A program made the translations under genes and the position numbers. From positions 128,001-192,000 of the forward strand of contig JBCCHT010000013.1 of assembly GCA_039028615.1 (NCBI GenBank): a DNA stretch of 64,000 nt, read 5' to 3'. The notes beneath the pieces were generated by a model, which saw only the letters and a list, made by a program, of their open reading frames with translations, searched no databases and was not told the DNA's origin. How positions within the stretch are numbered: the first letter of the stretch is position 1; each line of letters begins with the position of its first letter. This DNA comes from Myxococcota bacterium (GTDB taxonomy: Bacteria; Myxococcota_A; Polyangia; Nannocystales; Nannocystaceae). This document shows positions 1-9,418 of the stretch, piece by piece.

Positions 1-159
1 CTACCATTGAACGATCCCCGACCAGGTCGTTCGTCGTTGCGTCTGGGTGCCGGAAGATGCGCAAAGCCGAAGGCAGTGTCAAGCGTTATTGGGTGTGAAA
101 ACTCCGGCCTTGGTTTCGGGCCCGTTTGCCGGTCGATCCACTAGCGGTACCCTGCCGCC

Positions 160-2016
160 ATGTCGACTCGCGTGAAAACCGCAGATCGCGCTTCTCGTGG
201 CCGTCGCTCGCTCCTGGTGGCGTTGGCGACGATCGGACTGGCTTCGGTTCCCGCGTGCCGAGGCGGCGCGCCGTCGGGCCAGGAGGACGGCGGCAAGCAA
301 GCTCCGGCCGCTGCGGATTCGAAGAAGGTCGACGACCCCGCCGTCGCCGACGGTGCGCGCAGCATGCCCGCCGTCGAGGCCGAGCCGCCCCGCGTCGCGG
401 TGGGCACACAAGGAGCCGTCTCCAGCGCCGAGGCCAACGCGTCTCGGATCGGCGTGGAGGTCCTGAAAAAGGGAGGCAACGCCGTCGATGCGGCGGTGGC
501 CGTGGGGTTTGCCCTGGCGGTGACGCATCCGTCGGCGGGCAACTTGGGCGGCGGTGGCTTCCTGGTGGTGCGCTTGGCCGACGGCAAGACGGCGGCGATC
601 GACTACCGGGAGGAAGCGCCCGGGGCTGCGTCGCGCGACATGTACCTCGACGCCAAGGGCGAGCCGAGCAACGAGCGCTTGCTGGGGCCCAAGGCGGCCG
701 GCATTCCGGGCACGGTGGCCGGCCTGGCCAAGGCCCACGAGCGCTTCGGTACGCTGCCCTGGAAGGACTTGGTCGAGCCCGCGGTGCGCTTGGCCAAGGA
801 CGGGCACACCCTCGATTCGTTCCACGCCAAGGACCTGTCGTCCGGCTCGGGGCGCATGATCAAGGCGGGCTTCAAGGACTCCGCGGCGTACTACCTCAAG
901 GCCGACGGCACCGAGTACGCGGAGGGAGACACCTGGGTCCAACCCGAGCTCGCACAGACCCTGCAGGCCATCGCCGACGGCGGTCCCCGGGCGTTTTACG
1001 AGGGGCCGCTGGCCGAGCGGATGGCGGCCGAGGTCAGCAAGGCGGGCGGCATCTGGAAGGCCGCGGACCTCAAGGCCTACGACGCGGAAGAGCGCGAGCC
1101 GATCGCGTTCGACTATCGCGGCCACCAAGTGATCACGATGCCTCCGCCCTCCGCGGGCGGCATCGTACTGCGGCAGCTGCTGGCCGCGTCGGAGTCGATG
1201 AACCTGCAGCAGCACCCCTGGCGCGGGCTCGACGAGGTGCACCTGTTCACCGAGGCCATGCGCCGCACCTATGCCGACCGCAACATGCTGCTGGGCGACC
1301 CGGGCTTCGTCGAGCTGCCCATGGACTCGCTGCTCGACACCAAGTACGTCGCCAAGCGCATGTCGGACATCGATCCGAACAAGGCGACGCCCTCGGACGA
1401 GGTCGGGGCCGGGCTGCCCGTGGGGCGCGAGTCCGAAGAGACGACGCACTTTTCCGTCGTCGACGGCCAGGGCAACGCGGTCTCGAACACGTACACGCTC
1501 AACCTCGGCTTCGGGGCGAAGTTCGTGGTGCCGGGCACGGGCGTGCTGCTCAACAACGAGATGGACGACTTCTCGGTCAAGCCGGGCTCGGCCAACATCT
1601 TCGGCCTGGTCCAGGGGGAGCCCAACAAGATCGAGCCGGGTAAGCGCATGCTCAGCTCGATGACCCCCACCATCGTCGTGCACGAGGGCGAGCTTCGGGC
1701 GGTGGTCGGTACGCCGGGCGGCCCGACCATCACCACCACCGTGGCCACCATCATTCGCGGGATGATCGACTACGACCTCACCCTCGATCAGGCCATCGCC
1801 TCGCCCCGCGTGCATCACCAGTGGAAGCCGGACCAGATCTGGGCCGAGGATCGCCTCGACGACGCGGTGGAGACCGGGCTGCAGGGCAAGGGGCACGGCC
1901 TCCGCACCCGCGGGGGCATGGGCCACGCCAACTGCATCGAGGTCGACCCGAAGACCAAGGGCTTCGTGGCGGTGGCCGACGTCGAGCGCGACGGCGGAGC
2001 CGCGGTTGCCTACTGA
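160..2016 (+). CDS. ggt: Gamma-glutamyltransferase (lipoprotein)
   Basis: GGNAVDAAVAVGFALAV...GNLGGGGF, IDYREEAP, catalytic Thr in EETTHFSVVD, LLNNEMDDFS, PGKRMLSSMTP, GTPGG; N-terminal signal ending VPAC. Confidence 0.95.
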   Translation: MSTRVKTADRASRGRRSLLVALATIGLASVPACRGGAPSGQEDGGKQAPAAADSKKVDDPAVADGARSMPAVEAEPPRVAVGTQGAVSSAEANASRIGVEVLKKGGNAVDAAVAVGFALAVTHPSAGNLGGGGFLVVRLADGKTAAIDYREEAPGAASRDMYLDAKGEPSNERLLGPKAAGIPGTVAGLAKAHERFGTLPWKDLVEPAVRLAKDGHTLDSFHAKDLSSGSGRMIKAGFKDSAAYYLKADGTEYAEGDTWVQPELAQTLQAIADGGPRAFYEGPLAERMAAEVSKAGGIWKAADLKAYDAEEREPIAFDYRGHQVITMPPPSAGGIVLRQLLAASESMNLQQHPWRGLDEVHLFTEAMRRTYADRNMLLGDPGFVELPMDSLLDTKYVAKRMSDIDPNKATPSDEVGAGLPVGRESEETTHFSVVDGQGNAVSNTYTLNLGFGAKFVVPGTGVLLNNEMDDFSVKPGSANIFGLVQGEPNKIEPGKRMLSSMTPTIVVHEGELRAVVGTPGGPTITTTVATIIRGMIDYDLTLDQAIASPRVHHQWKPDQIWAEDRLDDAVETGLQGKGHGLRTRGGMGHANCIEVDPKTKGFVAVADVERDGGAAVAY

Positions 2017-2035
2017 CAACGGGACACCTGCAAGG

Positions 2036-2746
2036 ATGGACGCGAAGATGACCGGTGCGACCGTCGTCCTGTTCGATATCGACGGAACCCTGCTCACCGC
2101 CAAGGGAGCGGGGCGTCGAGCCATGGAAGAGGGCTTTGCCGCGGTGATCGGCAGCAGCCACGGCTTGGCGTCGATCCGCTTCGCGGGCGGCACGGACCCC
2201 GCGATCGTGCGCGAGGGGCTGGAGGCGATGGGGCAGGCGGTGGACGACCGCCGGATCGACGCCGTCATCGAGGCCTATCTCGAGCGCCTGCCTCCGCAGC
2301 TCGAGGCGGCTCCGCCCGTCGTGCTGCCTGGGGTGCTCGCGATGCTCGATCGGCTGGAGCCCATGACCGACGTCGCCATCGGGATCGGCACGGGCAACGT
2401 GGAGGCCGGGGCACGGGCCAAGCTGCGGGCGGCCGGGCTCGATGAGCGCTTCGGGTTCGGCGGCTTCGGGTCCGACCACCACCTGCGGGCCGAGCTGTTG
2501 CGGGCGGGCGCACGCCGAGGGGCGGCCGCGTTGCAGCGCTCCGAGTCCGAGTGCGCGGTCCTGGTCATCGGCGATACGCCCAAGGACGTCGCCGCGGCGC
2601 ATGCCATCGGGGCCCGCTGCATGGCCGTCGCCACCTCCTACTACGACGCCGACGCGCTCCGAGCCACGGGAGCCGACCTGGTCGTGGAGGATCTCGAGCA
2701 GCCCGAGGCCATGGCCTGGCTGCATGACCAGATCCGGGCCGCCTGA
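2036..2746 (+). CDS. HAD-superfamily hydrolase (phosphoglycolate phosphatase-like)
   Basis: Motif I LFDIDGTL, TGN, motif IV IGDTPKD; start could be 2036 or 2048. Confidence 0.9.
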   Translation: MDAKMTGATVVLFDIDGTLLTAKGAGRRAMEEGFAAVIGSSHGLASIRFAGGTDPAIVREGLEAMGQAVDDRRIDAVIEAYLERLPPQLEAAPPVVLPGVLAMLDRLEPMTDVAIGIGTGNVEAGARAKLRAAGLDERFGFGGFGSDHHLRAELLRAGARRGAAALQRSESECAVLVIGDTPKDVAAAHAIGARCMAVATSYYDADALRATGADLVVEDLEQPEAMAWLHDQIRAA

Positions 2747-2857
2747 CGAAAAACGCTCGCGATCCCAAACCTTTGGGTCGATCATACGGACTGCGTGCGG
2801 CGTGCGCAGACCGCGATTAGCTCGATTCGAGTCGCCGTTCGTTAGGGGGCCTCGGCG

Positions 2858-4036
2858 ATGGAGCGTATTGGCGAATACCTGGTGTCTCGTCTCATCGGTG
2901 AGGGTGGGATGGGGAAGGTCTATGAGGCGGAGGAGCGGCTTTCGAAGCGCAAGGTCGCGCTGAAGGTGCTGCGACCCGAGCTGGCCCGCAACGAGGACGG
3001 CCGCCGGCTGTTCCTCAACGAGATGACGATCTTGGCGCATCTCGACCACGCCAACGTGGTGCGGTGCCTGGCCTGTACCGAGGTCGACGGCGACCTGGTG
3101 ATGGCGCTCGAGTACCTCGAAGGGCCCACCTTGCGGCAGGTGCTGTCGGATCGCGGGCGGATCTCGTGGACCGAGGCGGCCGCCATCGTGGTGCAGATCG
3201 CCGCCGGTCTGGGCGCGGCCCATCGCCAGGCGCCGCCCATCGTGCATCGCGACCTCAAGCCCGAAAATGTCATCGTGCTGCCCGACGGGCGGGTCAAGGT
3301 GATGGACTTCGGCATCGCCAAGGTGCTCGAGGCCATGCGCAAGGGCACCACGCAGTCGGTGGGCACCTTGCAGTACATGAGCCCGGAGCAGATCGACGCG
3401 GGCGAGATCGGGCCCGCCACCGACCTGTATGCGCTGGGGCTGGTGTTCTACGAGCTGCTCAGCGGGCAGCCGCCGTTTTGCTCCGCCTCGCCGCGAGAGC
3501 TGCTCAACCTGCAGTGCACCGAGCCGCCGCCGCCCTTGCCCGATGATGTCCGCAAGGGCTTGCCGCGAGGTGTCGAGCGCTTGGTGTTTGCGTTGCTGCA
3601 AAAGGACCCGAAGGATCGGCCGGAGTCGGCCGACGATGTGATCGAGACGCTCGAGCCCTTCGCCGCGGCCGAGCTGGATCTGGGCGTGGGCATACCGGCG
3701 GGCGGCAGCACGTCGAAGTCGCCATCGAGCTCGGGGGCCCGCGCGTCGTCCTCGGGGCGCGCGGCCGTCGATACCGATCTACCTTCGCCGGCCGAGGCGG
3801 GGGCAGGCAGCACCCCCTCGCCCGTGGCCCGGCCCCCGGTGGCGGCGGCGGACACCATCGGCCTCATCGAGCGCGCCAGCGGACCGAGGCAAATCTCGGG
3901 CTCCATGGCGCTGGTCATCATCGTGGTGCTCTCGGCGATGGCGGGGCTGGTCACCTATCTCGTGCGCACGGGCGAGGCCTCGGGCGCGCCGATCGACTCC
4001 AGCGCGGTCACGGCGGTGGCCCAGCCCGGGCGGTGA
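2858..4036 (+). CDS. Hanks-type Ser/Thr protein kinase with C-terminal TM helix
   Basis: GEGGMGKVY, VALK, HRDLKPEN, DFG, YMSPEQ, DLYALG all intact; hydrophobic MALVIIVVLSAMAGLVTYLV followed by a short tail. Confidence 0.95.
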   Translation: MERIGEYLVSRLIGEGGMGKVYEAEERLSKRKVALKVLRPELARNEDGRRLFLNEMTILAHLDHANVVRCLACTEVDGDLVMALEYLEGPTLRQVLSDRGRISWTEAAAIVVQIAAGLGAAHRQAPPIVHRDLKPENVIVLPDGRVKVMDFGIAKVLEAMRKGTTQSVGTLQYMSPEQIDAGEIGPATDLYALGLVFYELLSGQPPFCSASPRELLNLQCTEPPPPLPDDVRKGLPRGVERLVFALLQKDPKDRPESADDVIETLEPFAAAELDLGVGIPAGGSTSKSPSSSGARASSSGRAAVDTDLPSPAEAGAGSTPSPVARPPVAAADTIGLIERASGPRQISGSMALVIIVVLSAMAGLVTYLVRTGEASGAPIDSSAVTAVAQPGR

Positions 4037-4043
4037 GCCAGTC

Positions 4044-7000
4044 GTGACGGACCCGTCCAACTCCTCGACCTCAGAAGAGACTGCGCCCGCCCAGGCAGTG
4101 AAAGAGCGGCGAGACGTCGGGCGGGCTTCGTGCTCGACCCTCGTCGATGGCTCGGAGCTATGGCGGTGGTCCGACCCGGCAGACCCGGCGGTGGTTCGGA
4201 TCGGGGCCTGGGAGGGGCTCGGGGGGTTCACGAAATCCGGCGTCGACCAGCAGGGCGCCTGGCAGTGGCGACCCGCGGCGGCGCAGCGACTCGACGCCTG
4301 GCTTCGCGAAGGACCGCATGCGTGGGCCGAGGTTCGATCGGTGGTCGTCGCGGTGGTCGAGCGCCTGCAGTGGTGCGAAGCCCGGGCGTTGTTCCCCGGG
4401 CCGCTGGATCCGGCCGAGGTCGTGCTCGACGAAGCGGGCGAGGACGTCGTGTTGCGGGCCGACGCGATGCTGCGGTCGCTGTGTGGAGACACGGCCGCGG
4501 AGACGACGGGCAGCCCCGGGCTCTCGCGTTGGGTGCCGCCCGAGCAGGCCAACGGCGAGCCGTGGGACAACGCCGCGAATCGCTACGTGGTGGGCCTGGT
4601 GCTGTACCGCGCGCTGTGTGGGCATCATCCGTTTTCTGGGCAGGGGCTGCGCCGTGGGCTGCAGCAGCAAGCCCAGCAGGGGGCGGCGCCGTTCCCCGAC
4701 GAGGTCGCACGCGAGGTGCCGCCGGGGTTGCAGTCGCTTTGTCTGCAGCTGCTCGAGCCGCAGGTGTCCGGTCGGCCCGCGTCGGCGAAGGCGGTCGCGC
4801 AGCGCCTCGAGTCGCTCGAGTCGCCGCCAGCCGCCAGCCCGCCCGAGCGCCCGCGTACGCCGAACGTCACCCAGGCTCCCGTGGCGGTCGTTCGAGCCAA
4901 GAAACCGGCGACGCCCAGTCCTCCGCGTGCGGCGTCGGCCGGCCACCGTGGCGATCGCTGGTGGCGACGCGTCGGCATCGTGGCTCCGCTGGTCGGTGGG
5001 GCTGCGCTCGCGCTGGGCATGAGCACGTTCGTCGAACCGCCGGCCCCGGCCGCCCCGCCACCCCAGGTGGGAGACGCTGCCCCGCTGACGCTGGACCAGA
5101 CCTCCGCGGACGATTGCGCCGCCTGTCACCCGCGCCAGGTCGCGCAGTGGAGTCAGTCGGTCATGGCTCATGCCGCGCGCAGCCCGATGTTCCAGGCGCT
5201 CGAGATCCTGATCCAAGAGCAGGTCGGTCGTAGCTTCGATTGCCCCGAGGGCGCGGGCGCGCTGCGGAGCGTGGACCCGCGCACCGCCTGTCGCGAGCCC
5301 AACGAAGGGCGGGCCATCACCGGTTCCGGCGGCGAGCTGTGGTGCGTCAACTGCCACGCCGCGGGCGAGAACCTCAAACCGGTCATGCCCGCGTGGGACG
5401 GCCGCGCGCGCAACTCTGCCAGTCGTCGTCCGCTTCGTGACCTGCTGCCCGATTCGGCGATGGAGGGCATCTCCTGCGCCGTCTGCCACACCACGCACGG
5501 TCCGGTGCGCCCGGGCGACGAAGAACTGGGGCGCTACGAGGGCAACCCGGGCTGGGTCTCGTTCATCACGGGCGATCGGTTTTCGTCGCGACCGGAGGAC
5601 CGACGCGGGCTCTTCGGCATCGCCAACAGCGGCTACTCGCTCGACCCTGGGGTGCTGATCGCCGGGCCGGGCGATGACGACCGTGTGCCCGGAGGGGCCC
5701 ATCGACGCACGCCGCCCGAGACCCGGGAGTACCTGCGTCGCAGCGAGTTCTGCGGGGCGTGCCACGACGTGCGCCTGTTCGGGACCGACGTCGTGGGGGC
5801 GCGCGATCGGGGCGAGCACTTCAAGCGCCTGCGCAATGCCTACTCGGAGTGGGACGCCTGGGCCACGGCCGAGCGCCGGGCGGGGCGGCAGCCCGCGTCC
5901 TGCCAGGATTGCCACATGAGCGAATTCCCGGGCCTGTGCGTGCCCGATGGCGACGGCCTCGGGGCATCGTTCATCGATCCCGGCGCCACTGCGCTGTTGC
6001 GGGCGTGCCCGCCCGGAACCCACTTCGAGTCGCGACAGCCCGGCGACTACCCCAAGGGCCGGGCCTCCATCGCGTCCGACGAGGCGACGATCACCACCCA
6101 CTACTTCTCGGGCGTCGATGCTCCGCTGACTCCCGGCATGGTCGAGGAGCTGATCGAAGACCCGCGCCTCGACGAGACCGGCGTGCCGCGGGGGCTCAGC
6201 CCGCGACGCGACATCCTGCTGGGCCGAACCTTCCGCTTCGAGGTGCGCGGGGCCGAGGCTCGTGGGGGGCTGCTCACCATCCCCGTCGAGCTCGAGAACG
6301 AAAACGCCGGGCACCGGGTCCCGGCCGGCTTCTCCCAGGAGCGCGAGATCTGGGTGCACCTGAGGGTGACCGACGCCGAGGGACGGCTCGTCTACGAAGT
6401 GGGGCGGGTCGATCGCGGCGACGAGGACCTGCACGACAAGCAGTTCGTGCGCGTCAACGTCGATGATCGCTTGGTCGATGCCCAGGGCCAGCCGCAAGGC
6501 GTGTTCGGGGCCGACGTTCGCGACGGGCCCGACGTGCCGCAGTGGAGCCCCTCGCCCCGCCTGGGCGGCTCGCGGTTCCGCGGCAAGGGCCTCATCAACC
6601 TGCAAAACGGGTTCTTGCGCTGTGTGACCTGCATCGGGCGGATCGACGCGTCCGGGCGCTGCCAGCCCTTGCCGGGGCAGGGCAACTTCCGCGCCGATCG
6701 CTTTGCCGACGGCCAATACGACCTCGATACGGGGGAGTGCGGCTCGAACCTCGTGGGTGACGAAGCGTTGTTCGAGATTTACTTCCCGGTCGGCGCTCTC
6801 GATGCCACCCGCGGAGGCACGCGGGGCCCGGATGCGATCATCGACACCCGCTCGGCGCCGCCGGGCGTGCCGCTGCGCTACGCCTACGAGCTTCCCACCA
6901 ACGGCGCCTCGGGTCCGTTCACCGTCGATGCGCGGCTGATGTTCCGGGCCTTCCCTCCGTTTCTGGTGCGAGCGTTCGCCGACTACGAGGCGATTCAAGA

Positions 7001-7100
7001 CGCGCGAGGCAACCGACCCAGCGGGCCCCTGGTGACCCACGATATGCTCGAACGGCTCGAAGTGGTCGAGCTGAATCGGGTGCGCGTGACCCTTCCATGA
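4044..7100 (+). CDS. Pseudokinase domain + TM + multiheme (5x CxxCH) cytochrome c
   Basis: Kinase C-lobe remnants (WVPPEQANGEP, YVVGLVLYRALCGHHPF, RPASA) with no HRD or DFG; TM VGIVAPLVGGAALALGM; CAACH, CVNCH, CAVCH, CGACH, CQDCH; C-terminal NAGHRVPAG...IWVHLRVTD segment typical of multiheme c families. Confidence 0.85.
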   Translation: MTDPSNSSTSEETAPAQAVKERRDVGRASCSTLVDGSELWRWSDPADPAVVRIGAWEGLGGFTKSGVDQQGAWQWRPAAAQRLDAWLREGPHAWAEVRSVVVAVVERLQWCEARALFPGPLDPAEVVLDEAGEDVVLRADAMLRSLCGDTAAETTGSPGLSRWVPPEQANGEPWDNAANRYVVGLVLYRALCGHHPFSGQGLRRGLQQQAQQGAAPFPDEVAREVPPGLQSLCLQLLEPQVSGRPASAKAVAQRLESLESPPAASPPERPRTPNVTQAPVAVVRAKKPATPSPPRAASAGHRGDRWWRRVGIVAPLVGGAALALGMSTFVEPPAPAAPPPQVGDAAPLTLDQTSADDCAACHPRQVAQWSQSVMAHAARSPMFQALEILIQEQVGRSFDCPEGAGALRSVDPRTACREPNEGRAITGSGGELWCVNCHAAGENLKPVMPAWDGRARNSASRRPLRDLLPDSAMEGISCAVCHTTHGPVRPGDEELGRYEGNPGWVSFITGDRFSSRPEDRRGLFGIANSGYSLDPGVLIAGPGDDDRVPGGAHRRTPPETREYLRRSEFCGACHDVRLFGTDVVGARDRGEHFKRLRNAYSEWDAWATAERRAGRQPASCQDCHMSEFPGLCVPDGDGLGASFIDPGATALLRACPPGTHFESRQPGDYPKGRASIASDEATITTHYFSGVDAPLTPGMVEELIEDPRLDETGVPRGLSPRRDILLGRTFRFEVRGAEARGGLLTIPVELENENAGHRVPAGFSQEREIWVHLRVTDAEGRLVYEVGRVDRGDEDLHDKQFVRVNVDDRLVDAQGQPQGVFGADVRDGPDVPQWSPSPRLGGSRFRGKGLINLQNGFLRCVTCIGRIDASGRCQPLPGQGNFRADRFADGQYDLDTGECGSNLVGDEALFEIYFPVGALDATRGGTRGPDAIIDTRSAPPGVPLRYAYELPTNGASGPFTVDARLMFRAFPPFLVRAFADYEAIQDARGNRPSGPLVTHDMLERLEVVELNRVRVTLP

Positions 7101-9418
7101 ACGACGCTTGGTCCGAGGTCTGGCGGGCGCCCGTATTGCGGGCGCTCGACGATCCGGCCCGACGAGCCCTGAGCGCGGCCGGTCGGATCCGAGACCTGCC
7201 GCCGGGGCATCGGATCTTCACCGAGCGCGATCCGGCCGACGCCCTGTACGTGGTGCTCGAGGGCAGCGTGGAGCTTCGGGCCCAGCGGCGTGGCGACGAG
7301 GCGGTGTCGCGACTGCGCACCGCGAGAGGGGGCGATACCTTCGGCGAGGAGGCGCTCGGCGGCGCAGGCTCGCGGCGGGGGCAGGCCTGGACCGAGGACG
7401 CGACGCGCGTGGCCGAGCTGCCCGCGGCCTTGTTTCTGCGCGGGGTGGGGCGCAGTGGAGGCGCGCCCCTGGCCGAGCGAGAGCTGCGAAGGCTGCGGCG
7501 CAACGCCACGGGAGACCTTCTGCGCACGATGGCGGCCACCCGCACGCTGGCCGAGGCCGAGCTCGATCGGGTGATCGATGCCGTCGTGCCCGAGACGCGC
7601 TCGCGCGGCGCCATCATCTACGCCCAGGGAGACCCCGCCGATGGCCTGTGGCTGGTGGTGGACGGGTTGGTGCAGCTCCAGACGGAGACCGACGACAAGA
7701 TCCACGTGCAGGCCTACCTGACCCGGGGCGACGGCTTCGGCGACCAGGAATCGCTGTCGGGCGACACGCGATCCGCCGCGGCGGTGGCGATGGGGGAGAC
7801 CCGGTTGCTGCGCTTGCCCGCATCGGTGCTTCGTAGCCTCGTCGACCGCAATCCGGGCCTGGTCGATGCGATGCGGCGTATCGCCCAGGCTCGCGAGCAG
7901 CGGCAGGTGGAGGCGGTGGGCGGTGCGGCGGCGCGCTCGACCCAACACGTGTTCAAGGACCTGTACCGCATGCAGATGGCCCGCTCGCTGCTGGTCATCG
8001 ACCAGGAATCCTGCGTGCGTTGTGGCCACTGCGCGTGGACCTGCGAGTCGCTGTATGGCGTGTCTCGTTTGGTGCGGCGGGGAGACAAGATCCTCACGCC
8101 GATGGGGGAGGGCGGGGACGCGTTGCACAGCCTGCTGGTGCCCAACTCCTGCCAGCACTGCAAGAACCCGGTGTGCATGATCGACTGCCCCACGGGCGCG
8201 ATCGGTCGTGACCTCGAGGGGGAGGTCTTCATTCGCGACGCGCTGTGCACGGGATGCGGCAACTGTGCCAAGGCGTGCCCCTGGGAGAACATCCGCATGG
8301 CGCCACGGCCCACGGCACCACGTCGCGAGGATCCGGTCGAGGCGTTGTCGGCCGAGCTGGCGACCAAGTGCGATCTGTGTCGCGGCTACGAGGCGCCCGG
8401 GTGCGTGCAGGCCTGTCCCACGGGCTCGCTGGTGCGACTCGACCCGAGCCGCGACGTGGCCGAGGTGGCCGCGGTGCTGGGCACGGGGGCGTCGGCGTCG
8501 GACGACACTCCCGCGATGGCCGGCCGGGCGCGGGTGCACGGGGTGGTGCGGGGCCTCGGTGTCGTGGTCGGCCTCGGTCTCGGCGCGACCGGGCTGCGGC
8601 TGCAGCAGGTCGGCACCTGGGTCCCCGGGCAAGACCAGGGGCTCGTCGCAGGAATCGTGGCGGCGGTCGGCATGCTCGGTTTGCTCTCCTACGCCGCGCC
8701 CAAGCGCATCTCGGGCCTGTGGATGAAGCGTCGGCGCAAGACCAGCGCCGCGCGTCGCCTGGCCGCGCAGTCCGAGGGCCAGACCGAGACGCGCCCCGTG
8801 CCTCGCTCCAAGGTTCGCGGCTGGCTCAGCCTGCACGCGGTGCTCGGCATGCTCACCATGGCTGCGGTGCTCGGGCACGCCGGCCTCCGGGTGCCCAACA
8901 ACCCCGCGGGAAGCCTCGTGGTCGCCTTTTGGGCGGTCTCGGTGCTCGGGATCTTCGGTGCCGTGGTCTATCGCGTGGTGCCCCGTCGCCTCGCTCGGCT
9001 GGAGCGCCGCGGTGACCTCCCCGAGGATCTGAAGGCCGAGCGCCAAGCCCTGCTCGATCGACTCTTCGTGCGGGCCAGCGGTCGCGACGACCTGGTCAAG
9101 ACGATCGCCAGCCGGGTGCTGGTGCCCTATGCCCGCGCCCCGCTGGGACCCTTGCGGCTGCTCGCCTCGGGGCGAAGCCTGGCCGAGGAGCGAGCACGCC
9201 TGACCGTTCGCATCGACACCATGCGGCAGGGCAGGGGCGATGCCCGCCTCGGCGGCCTGGACGAGCTGGTGACCATCGCGGTGCAGCTGCGGGCACTGCC
9301 CTTGCGTCGCGGGTTGACGGCGGGTCTGCGGGGATGGCTGCCGCTGCACATCGTGGTGTCGGCGGTGGCCTTGGCTTTGCTCGGTGTCCATGTGGCGCTG
9401 ATGCTGGGGGGACCGTGA
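7097..9418 (+). CDS. Tandem cNMP-binding domains + DmsB/NrfC-type 4x[4Fe-4S] domain + di-heme b membrane domain
   Basis: Two CAP-ED-like repeats (IFTERDPADALYVVLEGSV..FGEEAL; IYAQGDPADGLWLVVDG..FGDQES); CVRCGHCAWTC, CQHCKNPVCMIDCP, CTGCGNCAKACP, CDLCRGYEAPGCVQACP; two TM helices with H-x13-H; ATGA overlap with the upstream gene. Confidence 0.88.
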   Translation: MNDAWSEVWRAPVLRALDDPARRALSAAGRIRDLPPGHRIFTERDPADALYVVLEGSVELRAQRRGDEAVSRLRTARGGDTFGEEALGGAGSRRGQAWTEDATRVAELPAALFLRGVGRSGGAPLAERELRRLRRNATGDLLRTMAATRTLAEAELDRVIDAVVPETRSRGAIIYAQGDPADGLWLVVDGLVQLQTETDDKIHVQAYLTRGDGFGDQESLSGDTRSAAAVAMGETRLLRLPASVLRSLVDRNPGLVDAMRRIAQAREQRQVEAVGGAAARSTQHVFKDLYRMQMARSLLVIDQESCVRCGHCAWTCESLYGVSRLVRRGDKILTPMGEGGDALHSLLVPNSCQHCKNPVCMIDCPTGAIGRDLEGEVFIRDALCTGCGNCAKACPWENIRMAPRPTAPRREDPVEALSAELATKCDLCRGYEAPGCVQACPTGSLVRLDPSRDVAEVAAVLGTGASASDDTPAMAGRARVHGVVRGLGVVVGLGLGATGLRLQQVGTWVPGQDQGLVAGIVAAVGMLGLLSYAAPKRISGLWMKRRRKTSAARRLAAQSEGQTETRPVPRSKVRGWLSLHAVLGMLTMAAVLGHAGLRVPNNPAGSLVVAFWAVSVLGIFGAVVYRVVPRRLARLERRGDLPEDLKAERQALLDRLFVRASGRDDLVKTIASRVLVPYARAPLGPLRLLASGRSLAEERARLTVRIDTMRQGRGDARLGGLDELVTIAVQLRALPLRRGLTAGLRGWLPLHIVVSAVALALLGVHVALMLGGP

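Noticed and set aside
79..2268. 729-aa minus-strand ORF and similar long antisense ORFs (4158-7040, 6995-9391, 31470-33575, 47584-49584)
   Set aside because: Shadow ORFs of high-GC coding sequence; they lie opposite genes with clear family motifs and have none themselves
6621..6638. CVTCIG as a sixth heme site in the pseudokinase-cytochrome
   Set aside because: No His after CxxC; more likely a disulfide or metal site
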